A stretch of DNA of 64,000 nucleotides, taken from NCBI GenBank assembly GCA_021786945.1, contig JAJYMK010000003.1, positions 151,299 to 215,298 on the forward strand. The letters run 5' to 3'. Shown here in pieces: positions 1-10,434 of this stretch; position 1 is the stretch's first letter; every line of letters begins with the position of its first letter. The notes beneath the pieces were generated by a model. The model was not told where the DNA came from, searched no databases, and saw nothing but the letters and a program-made list of their open reading frames with translations. The position numbers were made by a program, and so were the translations under genes. The DNA is from a bacterium (lineage in GTDB: Bacteria > Patescibacteriota > Minisyncoccia > UBA6257 > 02-FULL-45-10c).

Positions 1-1
1 C

Positions 2-688
2 ATCGTTTCTTTAAAAAGAAACGGTAAGTCGAAAATATTCAGGATAGAAAAGGGCGTTGTAAAGGAAGATTCCGTATTTTTTACGAAAATTAGCCCGAGT
101 ATAGGCTATGTAAAACTTACCGGCTTTATTGAGACCTCGGAGGAAGACTTTGAGCTTGTAGTTTCCAGCCTTACTCAATCCGGAACCAAGGTTGCAATAA
201 TAGACCTAAGGAATAATCCAGGCGGCCTGTTGGAATCAGCCGTGAACATTGTCGGGCTTTTTCAGCCGAATAATGACCCGGTTGTTTATACCAAACACAG
301 GGACAAAGAATTCGTGTCCATAAAATCATCTTCCAAGAAAAACGGTATATTCAAAAACCTTAAAGTTGTTGTATTGGTGAATGAAAATACCGCGAGTGCC
401 GCCGAACTTTTTTCCGGCTGGCTGAAAGAAGAACATGGCGCCCAGATTATCGGGCACAGCACCTACGGAAAAGATTTGGTGCAAAGCCTGTTCGGCTTTC
501 CCGACGGGACAAGGCTTCATCTGACGACCGATCAGTATTACATCGGCAGTAAAAAGGTGAATATCGGTAAGGTTGGTGTGCAGCCCACGATAAAAGTAGA
601 GGCTAAAAGCAATCCAAAAAGCAGGATTGATCCTCAGCTGCAAAAAGCTGTTGAAATTGCTGAGAAGATAGTAAGTTCTTTAAATTAG
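2..688 (+). CDS. ctpA: S41A family C-terminal processing peptidase (5'-partial; frame open from window start)
   Basis: Upstream of the track ORF the same frame reads ...IGYVKLTGF...IIDLRNNPGGLL; catalytic ENTASAAE and TYGK motifs, GVQPTI near the end. Confidence 0.9.
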   Translation: MVSLKRNGKSKIFRIEKGVVKEDSVFFTKISPSIGYVKLTGFIETSEEDFELVVSSLTQSGTKVAIIDLRNNPGGLLESAVNIVGLFQPNNDPVVYTKHRDKEFVSIKSSSKKNGIFKNLKVVVLVNENTASAAELFSGWLKEEHGAQIIGHSTYGKDLVQSLFGFPDGTRLHLTTDQYYIGSKKVNIGKVGVQPTIKVEAKSNPKSRIDPQLQKAVEIAEKIVSSLN

Positions 689-696
689 TTTCATAC

Positions 697-740
697 AAAA
701 AAGCGCTATAGACACTTTCGTGTCACGGCGCTTTTTATTT
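697..740 (+). terminator. Intrinsic terminator after ctpA
   Basis: aaaaagcgc...gacac tttc gtgtc...gcgcttttt hairpin followed by T-run. Confidence 0.75.
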
Positions 741-766
741 TTATCTAAATTTACTCTTCTGTGATA

Positions 767-796
767 TTGACGAAAAGACGATTTGTTTGCTATATT
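767..796 (+). promoter_or_regulatory. Sigma70-type promoter of the str operon
   Basis: TTGACG, 18-nt spacer, TGc-TATATT upstream of rpsL. Confidence 0.6.
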
Positions 797-823
797 ATAG
801 AAACTTGTTAAATTAAATTAATT

Positions 824-1231
824 ATGCCGACAATAAGACAACTAATAAAAAAGGGAAGAAAACCAAAAGTGAGCAAAACTAAGTCTCCGGCTCTTTTGCG
901 TTATTTCAATACAATTTTAAATAAGCCGGTCAGAACCGCATCTCCTTTTAAAAGAGGAGTTTGCTTAAAAGTTTTTACAACCACTCCGAAGAAACCGAAC
1001 TCAGCTCTTCGAAAAGTTGCCCGTGTACGTTTGACCAACGGCATGGAAGTCAGCGCTTACATTCCAGGAGAGGGACACAATTTGCAGGAACACTCTGTAG
1101 TTATGATCAGGGGAGGAAGAGTTAAAGATTTGCCGGGTGTACGATATCACATTGTAAGAGGTGTTTTGGATACCGGTGGTGTAGAAAGAAAGCAACAGAG
1201 ATCTAAGTATGGAGCCAAGAGACCGAAATAA
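824..1231 (+). CDS. rpsL: 30S ribosomal protein S12
   Basis: [28 protein letters not shown]. Confidence 0.99.
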   Translation: MPTIRQLIKKGRKPKVSKTKSPALLRYFNTILNKPVRTASPFKRGVCLKVFTTTPKKPNSALRKVARVRLTNGMEVSAYIPGEGHNLQEHSVVMIRGGRVKDLPGVRYHIVRGVLDTGGVERKQQRSKYGAKRPK

Positions 1232-1256
1232 TTTCAATCAACAAAGTTTTTAAATT

Positions 1257-1724
1257 ATGAGAAAAAAAAGAAATTACAAAAGAGAGCGTTTGCCAGATTT
1301 TAAATATAATAGCGTAGCTATAGGACGTTTTATTAACTACATAATGGAAGACGGTAAAAAAGCCGTTGCCGAAAAAGTTATTTATGATGCTTTGGATATC
1401 ATAAAAGCTAAAACCAAAGAAGAGCCTTTGGCTATTTTTGATAAAGCTATAGAAAATGTTTCTCCGATAGTTGAAGTAGGTACAAAAAGAATTGGAGGTG
1501 CCAACTATCAGATTCCAAAAGAAGTTAGACCGGAAAGAAGATTTACTTTGGCCAGCAGATGGATTATTGAGGTCGCTCGAAATAAAAAGGGTAAGCCAAT
1601 GGCCGAAAAATTAGCCGAAGAATTTTTGTCTGCGGCTAACAATGAAGGTGCAGCCATCAAGAAGAAGCAGGATACACACAGAATGGCCGAAGCCAATAGA
1701 GCTTTTGCCCATTTCTCAAGATAA
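1257..1724 (+). CDS. rpsG: 30S ribosomal protein S7
   Basis: GGANYQIP, HRMAEANRAFAHF. Confidence 0.99.
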   Translation: MRKKRNYKRERLPDFKYNSVAIGRFINYIMEDGKKAVAEKVIYDALDIIKAKTKEEPLAIFDKAIENVSPIVEVGTKRIGGANYQIPKEVRPERRFTLASRWIIEVARNKKGKPMAEKLAEEFLSAANNEGAAIKKKQDTHRMAEANRAFAHFSR

Positions 1725-2134
1725 TGTTTGAAAAAGGCGGAGAAAAACCGAGTTTTCCTTTTTCGGAAACTGCCAAAAAGATATTTTTAAGATTTGAATC
1801 CCGTTCGGACGATCCGGGAGAATTTTTATCTAGCGAAGAAAAAGATAGGCTGCAGGAAGCTACAAAGACAAATCCGGAAGCTTTGAAAAAATGGGAGGAA
1901 GATCGCAACAGTAAATACAGAGTGAACTCCCTTTATGCGCCGCTACTCGCTTCAGAAAATTTTATGAGATCGGTTGAGGCGGAATCGATATCTAAAGATT
2001 TAAAAAAAGAATTAATAAATAGAATTGATAAAGCGTATAAAGATTTGGAAAATTCCAGAGGTAAAAGAATTACAAAAGAGTTGGTTGATGAAGTTGAAGG
2101 AATAGTGAGCGAAGTAAAAAAATATTTAAAATAA
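1724..2134 (+). CDS. Hypothetical protein (136 aa, charged, helical) inserted in the str operon
   Basis: TAATG overlap with the rpsG stop; fills the rpsG-fusA gap; no recognisable motif. Confidence 0.75.
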   Translation: MFEKGGEKPSFPFSETAKKIFLRFESRSDDPGEFLSSEEKDRLQEATKTNPEALKKWEEDRNSKYRVNSLYAPLLASENFMRSVEAESISKDLKKELINRIDKAYKDLENSRGKRITKELVDEVEGIVSEVKKYLK

Positions 2135-2155
2135 AAAATAAAATAATTTAAAAAT

Positions 2156-4264
2156 ATGGCCACATCACAACATTATCCATTAGAAAAAACAAGAAATTTC
2201 GGAGTCGTTGCCCACATCGATGCGGGTAAAACAACTACATCCGAAAGAATTCTTTTCTATACTGGTGTTTCCCACAAAATAGGTGAAGTGCACAAAGGAG
2301 AAGCTGTCATGGACTGGATGGATCAGGAAAGAGAAAGAGGTATTACAATTACTTCCGCCGCTACAACTTGTTTCTGGGTTCCTAGCTATAGGCACGGAGA
2401 TAAAAATTTTGAACACAGATTTAACGTTATTGATACCCCGGGACACATCGACTTTACTATTGAGGTTAAAAGATCTCTGCGTGTTTTGGACGGCGCCGTT
2501 GTTGTATTTGACGGTGTATCCGGTGTGGAACCGCAGTCCGAAACCAACTGGAGATATGCGGATGAATATAATGTACCGAGAATTTGTTTTATAAATAAAA
2601 TGGACCGATTGGGTGCCAGTTTTGAAAATAGCTTTAAATCAATCAGGGAAAGATTGAATCCAAATGCGGTTGCCCTTCAGCTTCCTATAGGATCTGAAAG
2701 TGCTTTCCAGGGCGTAGTTGATTTGCTCAGAATGAAAGCCTATACATTTGAAGGCGATAAGGGTGAAAATATTATTGAATCGGAAATTCCGGAAAATATG
2801 AAAGAAGCCGCCGCTACATGGAGGCATGAGCTTATCGAAAAAATTGTCGAAAATGACGACAAAATGATGTCCGATTATTTGGAAGGAAAAGAGCCTTCTT
2901 TAGAAGATTTGAAAAGAGTTTTGAGAAAGGCTACATTGGCCGTGAAATTAATCCCGGTTTTTACCGGTTCTTCACTGAAAAATAAAGGCGTGCAATTAAT
3001 GCTTGATGCGGTAGTTGATTATTTGCCGTCTCCATTGGATCTGCCTCCAACAAAAGGTATTGATCCAAAAACCGGCAATGAAATTCAAAGGCCTGCTTCG
3101 GATGATCAGCCGCTTACCGCTTTAGCCTTTAAGATAGCCGCAGATCCTTTTGTAGGTAGTTTGACATTCTTCAGGGTTTACGCCGGTGTTTTGAAAAAAG
3201 GAAGTTATATTTTAAATTCAACAAAAGATGTAAAAGAAAGAGTCGGCCGTATCGTTCGAATGCACGCCAATCATCGTGAAGAAGTTGATGAAATTTTTGC
3301 CGGTAATTTGGGTGCTATTGTTGGTTTGAAAGATACTACGACCGGAGATACTCTTTGCGACGAAGCCAGCCCGATTATTTTGGAAAAGATTTCAGTTCCG
3401 GAACCGGTTATTTCCATGAAGATCGAGCCGAAAACAAAAGCTGACCAGGAAAAAATGGGCGTTGCTTTGAGAAGGCTTTCCGAAGAAGATCCGACCTTCC
3501 GCGTTAGCGGCGATGCCGAAACAGGAGATACTATTATTGAAGGTATGGGTGAATTACACTTGGATGTATTGGTGGAAAGAATGAAGAGAGAATTCGGAGT
3601 TCAGACAAATGTCGGCAGGCCGCAGGTTGCCTATAAGGAAACTATCAAGAAAGATGCCGATGCTGAAGGTAAATATATCAAGCAGTCCGGAGGTAAGGGA
3701 CAGTACGGTCATTGCCGAATTAAGATTGAACCGACCGAAAAAGGAAAAGGATTTGAATTTGTTAACGATATTAAAGGAGGTGCAATTCCGAAAGAATTTA
3801 TCGCTCCTATTGAAAAGGGTGTTGTGGAAGCTATGTCTAAAGGTGTGGTTGCCGGATTCCCGATGGTAGATATAAAGGTGACTTTGTACGATGGATCATA
3901 CCACGATGTAGACTCTTCCGAAGCCGCTTTCAAAATTGCAGGATCTATGGCTTTCAAATCTGCAGCGTTGAATGCGAAACCAATTCTTCTCGAACCTATT
4001 ATGAAAGTGCAGTCTTTGGCTCCGACTGAATACATGGGTGATATAACTGGAGATTTCAATTCCAAGAGAGGTAAGATTGAGGCTATGAGCGACAGGATGA
4101 ACATAAAAGTTATTGATGCCTTGATCCCGCTTTCCGAAATGTTCGGATATGCAACCAAATTACGTTCTATGACTCAAGGCCGAGGAAACTTCACGATGGA
4201 ATTTTCTCACTACGATGAAGTTCCTGCGAACGTAGCTACTCTTATTAAAGAGGGTAAGAAATAA
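2156..4264 (+). CDS. fusA: Elongation factor G
   Basis: [34 protein letters not shown]. Confidence 0.99.
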   Translation: MATSQHYPLEKTRNFGVVAHIDAGKTTTSERILFYTGVSHKIGEVHKGEAVMDWMDQERERGITITSAATTCFWVPSYRHGDKNFEHRFNVIDTPGHIDFTIEVKRSLRVLDGAVVVFDGVSGVEPQSETNWRYADEYNVPRICFINKMDRLGASFENSFKSIRERLNPNAVALQLPIGSESAFQGVVDLLRMKAYTFEGDKGENIIESEIPENMKEAAATWRHELIEKIVENDDKMMSDYLEGKEPSLEDLKRVLRKATLAVKLIPVFTGSSLKNKGVQLMLDAVVDYLPSPLDLPPTKGIDPKTGNEIQRPASDDQPLTALAFKIAADPFVGSLTFFRVYAGVLKKGSYILNSTKDVKERVGRIVRMHANHREEVDEIFAGNLGAIVGLKDTTTGDTLCDEASPIILEKISVPEPVISMKIEPKTKADQEKMGVALRRLSEEDPTFRVSGDAETGDTIIEGMGELHLDVLVERMKREFGVQTNVGRPQVAYKETIKKDADAEGKYIKQSGGKGQYGHCRIKIEPTEKGKGFEFVNDIKGGAIPKEFIAPIEKGVVEAMSKGVVAGFPMVDIKVTLYDGSYHDVDSSEAAFKIAGSMAFKSAALNAKPILLEPIMKVQSLAPTEYMGDITGDFNSKRGKIEAMSDRMNIKVIDALIPLSEMFGYATKLRSMTQGRGNFTMEFSHYDEVPANVATLIKEGKK

Positions 4265-4280
4265 TTAACACAATTTCTTA

Positions 4281-4310
4281 TTGACAAAATTCCTATTTTT
4301 CGTATAAAAT
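4281..4310 (+). promoter_or_regulatory. Internal promoter for tuf
   Basis: TTGACA followed after 16-18 nt by TATAAA/TAAAAT in the 124-bp fusA-tuf gap. Confidence 0.55.
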
Positions 4311-4388
4311 AAATAGACGTTTATTGCTTTGCCGCTGGCAGGCGATAACATTAAAAAATAAATTAAAAAATAATTAAAAAATAAAACT

Positions 4389-5588
4389 ATGGCAGAAAAA
4401 GAAAAATTTGCTAGAACTAAGCCGCACGTTAACGTCGGAACAATTGGCCACGTCGACCACGGCAAAACTTCTTTAACAGCCGCTATTACCCACGTTCTCT
4501 TTTTAAAGGGTTGGGCTAAGAAAGAAGAAGGTGTAGATCAGATTGATAACGCTCCTGAAGAAAAAGCTCGTGGTATTACAATTGCTTTGCACCATTCTGA
4601 GTATGAGTCCGAAAAGAGACACTATGCTCACATTGATGCTCCGGGACACGCCGACTATATCAAGAACATGATTACCGGTGCTGCCCAGATGGATGGCGCC
4701 ATTCTCGTAGTTTCTGCCGCTGATGGTCCGATGCCTCAAACCAGAGAGCACATCTTGTTGGCTTATCAGGTAGGCGTTCCAAACCTTATTGTTTTCTTGA
4801 ACAAGTGCGATATGGTTGACGATCCGGAACTTATTGACTTGGTTGAATCCGAAGTCAGAGAGCTTCTCAAGAAATATAATTTCCCTGGCGACACCGTCCC
4901 AGTGATCAGAGGTTCCGCTACAAAGGCTATGGCTGTTAAGTCTGCCGATGAGCCGGATGCCAAACCGATCTTGGATCTCGTAAAGGCCATGGATGAATAT
5001 ATTCCTGACCCAGTCAGAGAAACAGGAAAGCCGTTCTTGATGCCTGTTGAAGATATTTTCTCAATTGAAGGAAGAGGTACGGTTGTTACCGGAAGAGTAG
5101 AAAGAGGTTCTGTTAAAGTAAACGAAGAAATTGAAATCATCGGTATTAAGCCGACTCAGAAGACGGTTGTTACCGGTATCGAAATGTTCCAAAAGGTTTT
5201 GGACGAAGGTACTGCTGGTGATAACGTAGGTATTCTCTTGAGAGGTCTTAAGAAAGAAGACGTAGAGAGAGGACAAGTCTTGGCTAAACCAGGAAGCGTT
5301 ACTCCTCACACTGACTTCGAATCTGAAGTTTACGTTCTCAGTAAAGAAGAAGGTGGTAGACACACCCCATTCTTTAAAGGATACAAACCACAGTTCTATA
5401 TCAGAACCACTGATGTTACGGGAGAAGTTACTTTGCCGGAAGGCATGGAAATGGTTATGCCTGGTGACACAGTAAAGTTCGTTGTTAAATTGATCGCTCC
5501 GGTTGCTTTGGAAGAAAAACAGCGTTTTGCTATCCGTGAAGGAGGTAAAACAGTTGGCGCTGGAGTTGTTACCAAAATCATTAAGTAA
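4389..5588 (+). CDS. tuf: Elongation factor Tu
   Basis: [33 protein letters not shown]. Confidence 0.99.
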   Translation: MAEKEKFARTKPHVNVGTIGHVDHGKTSLTAAITHVLFLKGWAKKEEGVDQIDNAPEEKARGITIALHHSEYESEKRHYAHIDAPGHADYIKNMITGAAQMDGAILVVSAADGPMPQTREHILLAYQVGVPNLIVFLNKCDMVDDPELIDLVESEVRELLKKYNFPGDTVPVIRGSATKAMAVKSADEPDAKPILDLVKAMDEYIPDPVRETGKPFLMPVEDIFSIEGRGTVVTGRVERGSVKVNEEIEIIGIKPTQKTVVTGIEMFQKVLDEGTAGDNVGILLRGLKKEDVERGQVLAKPGSVTPHTDFESEVYVLSKEEGGRHTPFFKGYKPQFYIRTTDVTGEVTLPEGMEMVMPGDTVKFVVKLIAPVALEEKQRFAIREGGKTVGAGVVTKIIK

Positions 5589-5642
5589 ATTTTGGAACAC
5601 CAAGGCTTTTAAATAGAATTATTTATATGCCTTCTAAAACGC

Positions 5643-5969
5643 ATGACTAAAAAAGACATTGAAAAAGAAAAATTAAGGTTAAGGATTCAGGCTTACGACC
5701 ACAAGTTGATAGACAATACTTGCAGGCAGATAATTGAAACTGCCAAAAGACAGGATGCTGAAATTGTGGGGCCAATCCCTCTGCCAACGGAAATTAAAAA
5801 ATACACCGTTAATCGCTCAACTTTTATTGATAAAAATTCAAGGGAGCAATTCGAGCTGAGGGTCCACAAGAGACTTTTGGACATAATGAATCCAAATCAG
5901 GCAATTATCGAATCGCTTTCTAATCTCAATTTACCTTCAGGGGTTGAAATAGAGATCAAAATGGTGTAA
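5643..5969 (+). CDS. rpsJ: 30S ribosomal protein S10
   Basis: AYDHKLID, GPIPLPT, SREQFE. Confidence 0.98.
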   Translation: MTKKDIEKEKLRLRIQAYDHKLIDNTCRQIIETAKRQDAEIVGPIPLPTEIKKYTVNRSTFIDKNSREQFELRVHKRLLDIMNPNQAIIESLSNLNLPSGVEIEIKMV

Positions 5970-5986
5970 TATAGATTCACTATAAG

Positions 5987-6020
5987 AAATAATTCGAGGT
6001 TAGCCTCGAATTATTTTTTT
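5987..6020 (+). terminator. Terminator-like hairpin between rpsJ and rplC
   Basis: aaataattcgagg-ttag-cctcgaattattt perfect 13-bp stem ending in a T-run. Confidence 0.65.
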
Positions 6021-6036
6021 AGATAAATAAATAGAC

Positions 6037-6474
6037 ATGGACATAACAAAAGGAACAAAAATAAAAATGACTCAGATTTTCAAGAATGATATCGTTTACC
6101 CGGTATCGGTTATTAAGCTTGAAAAGAAAGAGTCTGCTGAAAATTTTAAAGAAGAAGAATTGGTTATTGTATCCGGTACAACCAAGGGACATGGATGGCA
6201 GGGTGTGGTAAAAAGATATAGTTTCGGAGGCGGACCTCAGACTCACGGTCAAAAAAACAGACTAAGAGCCCCGGGTTCTATTGGTAGCACCGCTCCGCAG
6301 CGTGTTTTACCGGGAAGAAAAATGGCAGGAAGAATGGGAGGCGCCAGAAAAACAATCAAGAATTTGAGAATTGTTTCCGTTGATAAAGAAAATGGTTTAA
6401 TTTTACTTCACGGTTCTGTACCGGGAAACAACAGAAGCAAGGTTGAAATTAAAAAAGCAGTTTCTGCTAAGTAA
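6037..6474 (+). CDS. rplC: 50S ribosomal protein L3 (short, 145 aa, internal deletion)
   Basis: KMTQIF, GTTKGHGWQGVVKR, RAPGSIG, KMAGRMG, GSVPG; canonical position. Confidence 0.96.
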   Translation: MDITKGTKIKMTQIFKNDIVYPVSVIKLEKKESAENFKEEELVIVSGTTKGHGWQGVVKRYSFGGGPQTHGQKNRLRAPGSIGSTAPQRVLPGRKMAGRMGGARKTIKNLRIVSVDKENGLILLHGSVPGNNRSKVEIKKAVSAK

Positions 6475-6479
6475 AAAAT

Positions 6480-7094
6480 ATGACAGCTATCAAAATTTAC
6501 AATCAAAAAGGAGAAGTTAAGGGTGAAATTGAAATACCTAAATTTTTACAAATAAAGTGGAACCCGCTTTTGGTTAAGCAGGTCGTTGATTCTATTCTTG
6601 CCAATTCCAGACAGGTTATTGCCCATACAAAAGGCAGAGGTGAAGTGGCGGGTGGCGGCAGAAAGCCATGGAAGCAGAAAGGAACAGGCCGAGCCAGGCA
6701 GGGATCAATCAGATCTCCGTTATGGAAAGGCGGTGGTGTGACTTTTGGTCCTAAAAAAGAAACCGATTATTCCAAGAAAATCAACAAGAAGATGCTTAAG
6801 AAAGCTTTGTTGGTAGCTCTTGCCAAGAAGGCCGAAGACGGCGAATTGAAGTTGGTTGAGAGTTTTGAGATGGTTTCTCCAAAAACTAAAGCCGTGGCCG
6901 GAATGATAAAGAGTATTACCGGAGGAAAATCAGCTTTAATTTTGATAGATAAGAAGAATAAAAATGCAGTTTTAGCCACAAGAAATTTGAAGAATTCTGT
7001 GAATTTAATCCCGGAAAATTTAAACGCTTTTGAAGTTTTGAAATATAAAAATGTCTTAATGGAAAAAGCAACATTAGAAAACTATGGCAAATAA
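6480..7094 (+). CDS. rplD: 50S ribosomal protein L4
   Basis: GGGRKPWKQKGTGRARQGSIRSPLWKGGG. Confidence 0.99.
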   Translation: MTAIKIYNQKGEVKGEIEIPKFLQIKWNPLLVKQVVDSILANSRQVIAHTKGRGEVAGGGRKPWKQKGTGRARQGSIRSPLWKGGGVTFGPKKETDYSKKINKKMLKKALLVALAKKAEDGELKLVESFEMVSPKTKAVAGMIKSITGGKSALILIDKKNKNAVLATRNLKNSVNLIPENLNAFEVLKYKNVLMEKATLENYGK

Positions 7095-7365
7095 ATTTTT
7101 AATAAAAAATCCAATAATTACCGAAAAGGCTATTCGTGGCAGTGAATTGGGAAAATATGTTTTTTTGGTTGAAAAGAAGGCTACGGTCAATGAAATCAAG
7201 AAAGCCGTTGAAACTTTATACAATGTTAAGGTTGAAAAGACTAATGTTGTAAACGTTAAACCGAAAACAAGAAGGCTTGGTAAGACGGTTGGTGTAAAGC
7301 CGGGATATAAAAAGATCATAGTGACTTTGAAAAAGGGTCAAAAATTAGATATACTACCACAATAA
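7084..7365 (+). CDS. rplW: 50S ribosomal protein L23
   Basis: PIITEKA, IKKAVETLYNVKV, YKKIIVTL. Confidence 0.97.
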   Translation: MANKFLIKNPIITEKAIRGSELGKYVFLVEKKATVNEIKKAVETLYNVKVEKTNVVNVKPKTRRLGKTVGVKPGYKKIIVTLKKGQKLDILPQ

Positions 7366-7369
7366 TTTT

Positions 7370-8194
7370 ATGAAAAGCTTTAGACCTACAACTCCATCAA
7401 GGAGACAAATGACTGTTGTCGAATATGACGTTCTTTCCAAGACCGCTCCTTTTAAGTCTTTGACTAAAAAGATTAAAGAATGCGCTGGAAGAAACAGCCA
7501 AGGAAGAATAACAACCAGACATCAGGGCGGAGGTAATAAAAAGATGTACAGGATGGTTGATTTTAATCAGAATAAACTTAATATTCCTGGAAGAGTAGAA
7601 ACCATTGAATATGATCCATATAGGACTGCTTTTATTGCCTTGGTTGTTTATAAAGACGGTGAAAGAAGATACGTTTTGGCTCCAAAGGATTTGAAAGTTG
7701 GAGACGAAATAGTTTCCGCTGAAAACGCTCCTTTAAAAACTGGCAACAGAATGATGGTTAAAAATATTCCTATCGGTTATCTGGTTCATAATATTGAGCT
7801 CGCTCCCGGCGAAGGTGGAAAAATGGTAAGATCCGCCGGATCTTTTGCCGAAATTCTGGGTCAGGAAGGCAGATTCGTAAATTTGAAACTTAGTTCTGGT
7901 GAAGTGAGAAAAGTTTTAGCCGATTCTTTGGCTTCCTTAGGGCAGGTATCCAATCCTGATTACAGCTTGACCGTTATTGGTAAAGCCGGAAGATCCAGGC
8001 ATTTGGGTATCAGGCCTACAGTTAGAGGTAAAGTCATGAATCCTTGCGATCATCCATACGGTGGTGGTGAAGGTAGAACCCAGAGAGGTACTAGGAAACC
8101 TAAAGATATTTGGGGTAATATTACTGGCGGAAGAAAAACCCGCGATAAAAAGAAGAGGTCAAATAAATTTATTATTCAAAGAAGAAAGAAATAA
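7370..8194 (+). CDS. rplB: 50S ribosomal protein L2
   Basis: GRNSQGRIT, IEYDPYR, MNPCDHPYGGGEG. Confidence 0.99.
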   Translation: MKSFRPTTPSRRQMTVVEYDVLSKTAPFKSLTKKIKECAGRNSQGRITTRHQGGGNKKMYRMVDFNQNKLNIPGRVETIEYDPYRTAFIALVVYKDGERRYVLAPKDLKVGDEIVSAENAPLKTGNRMMVKNIPIGYLVHNIELAPGEGGKMVRSAGSFAEILGQEGRFVNLKLSSGEVRKVLADSLASLGQVSNPDYSLTVIGKAGRSRHLGIRPTVRGKVMNPCDHPYGGGEGRTQRGTRKPKDIWGNITGGRKTRDKKKRSNKFIIQRRKK

Positions 8195-8206
8195 AATTAA
8201 ACTAAT

Positions 8207-8530
8207 ATGTCTAGATCAAGCAATAAGGGTCCGTTTGTAGATCCAAAATTATTAAAAAAGATTTCTAAGTTAAAAGCCGGCGATAAGACGGTTATTAAGA
8301 CTTGGTCTAGGGATTCCGTGATAGCTCCGGAAATGGTTGGTTTTACATTGGGAATTCATAACGGAAAGATTCACGTTGAGGTATTCGTGAAAGAAGAAAT
8401 GGTCGGACACAAACTTGGCGAATTTGCTTTAACCAGGAAGTTCGTTAAGCACGGAGGTAAAATGCAACGCGATTTGGAAGCCGCTGCTGCAGTTAAAGCC
8501 GCTACTCCCGCCGCTCCTGCTAAAAAATAA
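8207..8530 (+). CDS. rpsS: 30S ribosomal protein S19 (Ala/Pro-rich tail)
   Basis: [21 protein letters not shown]. Confidence 0.98.
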   Translation: MSRSSNKGPFVDPKLLKKISKLKAGDKTVIKTWSRDSVIAPEMVGFTLGIHNGKIHVEVFVKEEMVGHKLGEFALTRKFVKHGGKMQRDLEAAAAVKAATPAAPAKK

Positions 8531-8548
8531 TATATAAAATATTAAACT

Positions 8549-9067
8549 ATGCTTAGAGAAACAGTAAAATTGAAACATTTGCACATAACTCCGGATAAGG
8601 CCAGGCTTGTTGCCAACCTTGTTAAAAAAATGTCCGCCAATGAAGCCGAGGCTCAGCTTATGGTTTTGCCGAAAAGAGCCGCTAAACCAATTTTAAAACT
8701 TTTGAAATCGGGTATAGCCAATATGGTAAATAACAGAAAGGCTGATGCCGAAAAGTTGGTTATTGAGTCTATTACGGTTGACGAAGGTCCTACTTTTAAA
8801 AGATTCTTGCCCCGCTCAATGGGAAGAGCTACTCCGCTTTTAAAAAGAACTTCTCATGTAACTATAATCTTGAAAGAAATTGATAAGAAAAAGACGAGCA
8901 AGTTTAATACTGAAATTTCTAGAAAAAACAAAGAAGCTAAGAAAATAACGAAAGAAGCCAAACAGTCGAAGCCGGAAAATAAAGAGAAGGAAATGAAAGA
9001 TGTTTCTGCTTCGGCAGAAAACAAGCCGGGATTTGTTAAAAAAGTTTTTAGAAGAAAAAGCGTTTAA
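8549..9067 (+). CDS. rplV: 50S ribosomal protein L22 with C-terminal extension
   Basis: KARLVA, VDEGP, KRTSHVTI; about 60 aa charged tail. Confidence 0.97.
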   Translation: MLRETVKLKHLHITPDKARLVANLVKKMSANEAEAQLMVLPKRAAKPILKLLKSGIANMVNNRKADAEKLVIESITVDEGPTFKRFLPRSMGRATPLLKRTSHVTIILKEIDKKKTSKFNTEISRKNKEAKKITKEAKQSKPENKEKEMKDVSASAENKPGFVKKVFRRKSV

Positions 9068-9091
9068 TATATAGAGAAATAAATTTAAACT

Positions 9092-9754
9092 ATGGGACAA
9101 AAAATAAGACCAGATTCATATAGAACAGGAATAACCAAGGGATGGAATTCCCGATGGTTTCCCAAGAAAAACTTCAAGGAAATCCTGGAAGAAGATGTTT
9201 TAATTAGAAAAATAATCAAACAAAAGATAAAATTGGCCGGTATCGACAAGATCGAAATCGAAAAAAATAATAATAATTACAGAATTTTTATTAAAGTTGC
9301 TAAGCCGGGTTTGGTTATTGGCAGAGGCGGAAAGGGTGTTGATGAGCTCAGGAAATCAATCGAAGAAGCCCTTGTAAAGCTTTTTAAAGAAAGAAAGGTT
9401 AAACCGGATTTTTCCATTAGTTTAAATATTGAAGAGTTAAGAAGAAATGACGTTTCAGCAACTTTTATTGCTCAGAGCATTGCCTGGGATTTGGAAAAAA
9501 GAATGCCTTTCAGAAAAACAATCAAAAAATATTTGGAATCTGTTATGCAGAATAAAGAAGCCGAAGGAGTTAAGATAAAACTTTCCGGAAGATTGGATGG
9601 ATCCGAAATAGCTAGAAGAGAATGGTTAGCTAAAGGAAAACTTCCTCTTCAGACTCTGAGGGCTAACATTGATTACGGGGAAGGAACAGCTTTTTGTACT
9701 TATGGCACAGTCGGTATAAAAGTTTGGATTTACAAAGGAGAAGTAACTTTATAA
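9092..9754 (+). CDS. rpsC: 30S ribosomal protein S3
   Basis: MGQKI, PGLVIGRGG, PLQTLRANIDY, GIKVWI. Confidence 0.99.
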   Translation: MGQKIRPDSYRTGITKGWNSRWFPKKNFKEILEEDVLIRKIIKQKIKLAGIDKIEIEKNNNNYRIFIKVAKPGLVIGRGGKGVDELRKSIEEALVKLFKERKVKPDFSISLNIEELRRNDVSATFIAQSIAWDLEKRMPFRKTIKKYLESVMQNKEAEGVKIKLSGRLDGSEIARREWLAKGKLPLQTLRANIDYGEGTAFCTYGTVGIKVWIYKGEVTL

Positions 9755-9763
9755 AACACTAAT

Positions 9764-10177
9764 ATGTTGATGCCAAAAAAAGTAAAACACAGAAAGTGGC
9801 AGAGAGGCAGATCTAAAAATAGGATTGTCGAAACAAGAGGAACTACTATTGCTTATGGATCTTTCGGTCTTAAGGCTATGAGTCCGGCTTGGATGGATGG
9901 AAGACAACTTGAAGCTGCCAGAAAGACAATCACCAACTTTTTGAAAAGAGAAGGTAAGGTTTGGATCAGGGTTTTTCCGGACAAGCCAATTACCAAAAAG
10001 CCGCCTGAAGTTACTTTGGGTGGAGGTAAGGGTGATGTAGATAAGTATGTAGTTGTTGTTAAGCCGGGAAGAATACTTTTTGAAGTCGATGGAGTTTCTA
10101 AAGAAATCGCTACCCAGGCCTTGAATCTTGCTAGCTATAAATTGCCGGTAAGAACTAAGGTAGTTTCAAAAGATTAA
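9764..10177 (+). CDS. rplP: 50S ribosomal protein L16
   Basis: MLMPKKVKHRK, WIRVFPDKP, GGGKG. Confidence 0.99.
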   Translation: MLMPKKVKHRKWQRGRSKNRIVETRGTTIAYGSFGLKAMSPAWMDGRQLEAARKTITNFLKREGKVWIRVFPDKPITKKPPEVTLGGGKGDVDKYVVVVKPGRILFEVDGVSKEIATQALNLASYKLPVRTKVVSKD

Positions 10178-10207
10178 TTTGAAAAAATACTAAAAATCAT
10201 ATAAAAT

Positions 10208-10420
10208 ATGAAGACCAAAGAAATGGAACAATTGAAAAACAAACAAGAAAACGAGCTTTTAAGCGATCTTAAAAAAAGCAAGGATAAGCTTTGGGATCTT
10301 CAGGTTGATTTGAGGGCCGGAAAGCTAAAAAACGTAAGTGATATCAATAAAACAAAAAAATTGATCGCCAGAATAAATACCGTTTTAAGCGAGAAGAAAA
10401 ACTCTAAAACGACTAAATAA
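10208..10420 (+). CDS. rpmC: 50S ribosomal protein L29
   Basis: [10 protein letters not shown]; position after rplP. Confidence 0.93.
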   Translation: MKTKEMEQLKNKQENELLSDLKKSKDKLWDLQVDLRAGKLKNVSDINKTKKLIARINTVLSEKKNSKTTK

Positions 10421-10434
10421 TAAGCACAAATTTT

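Noticed and set aside
3709-5603. Long antisense ORFs over fusA and tuf (and similar ones elsewhere)
   Set aside because: Shadow ORFs caused by codon bias of conserved sense genes.
5627-5650. Tiny upstream ORF MPSKTHD overlapping the rpsJ start
   Set aside because: Too short to distinguish from chance or an old indel in the variable S10 N-terminus; rpsJ is intact from 5643.
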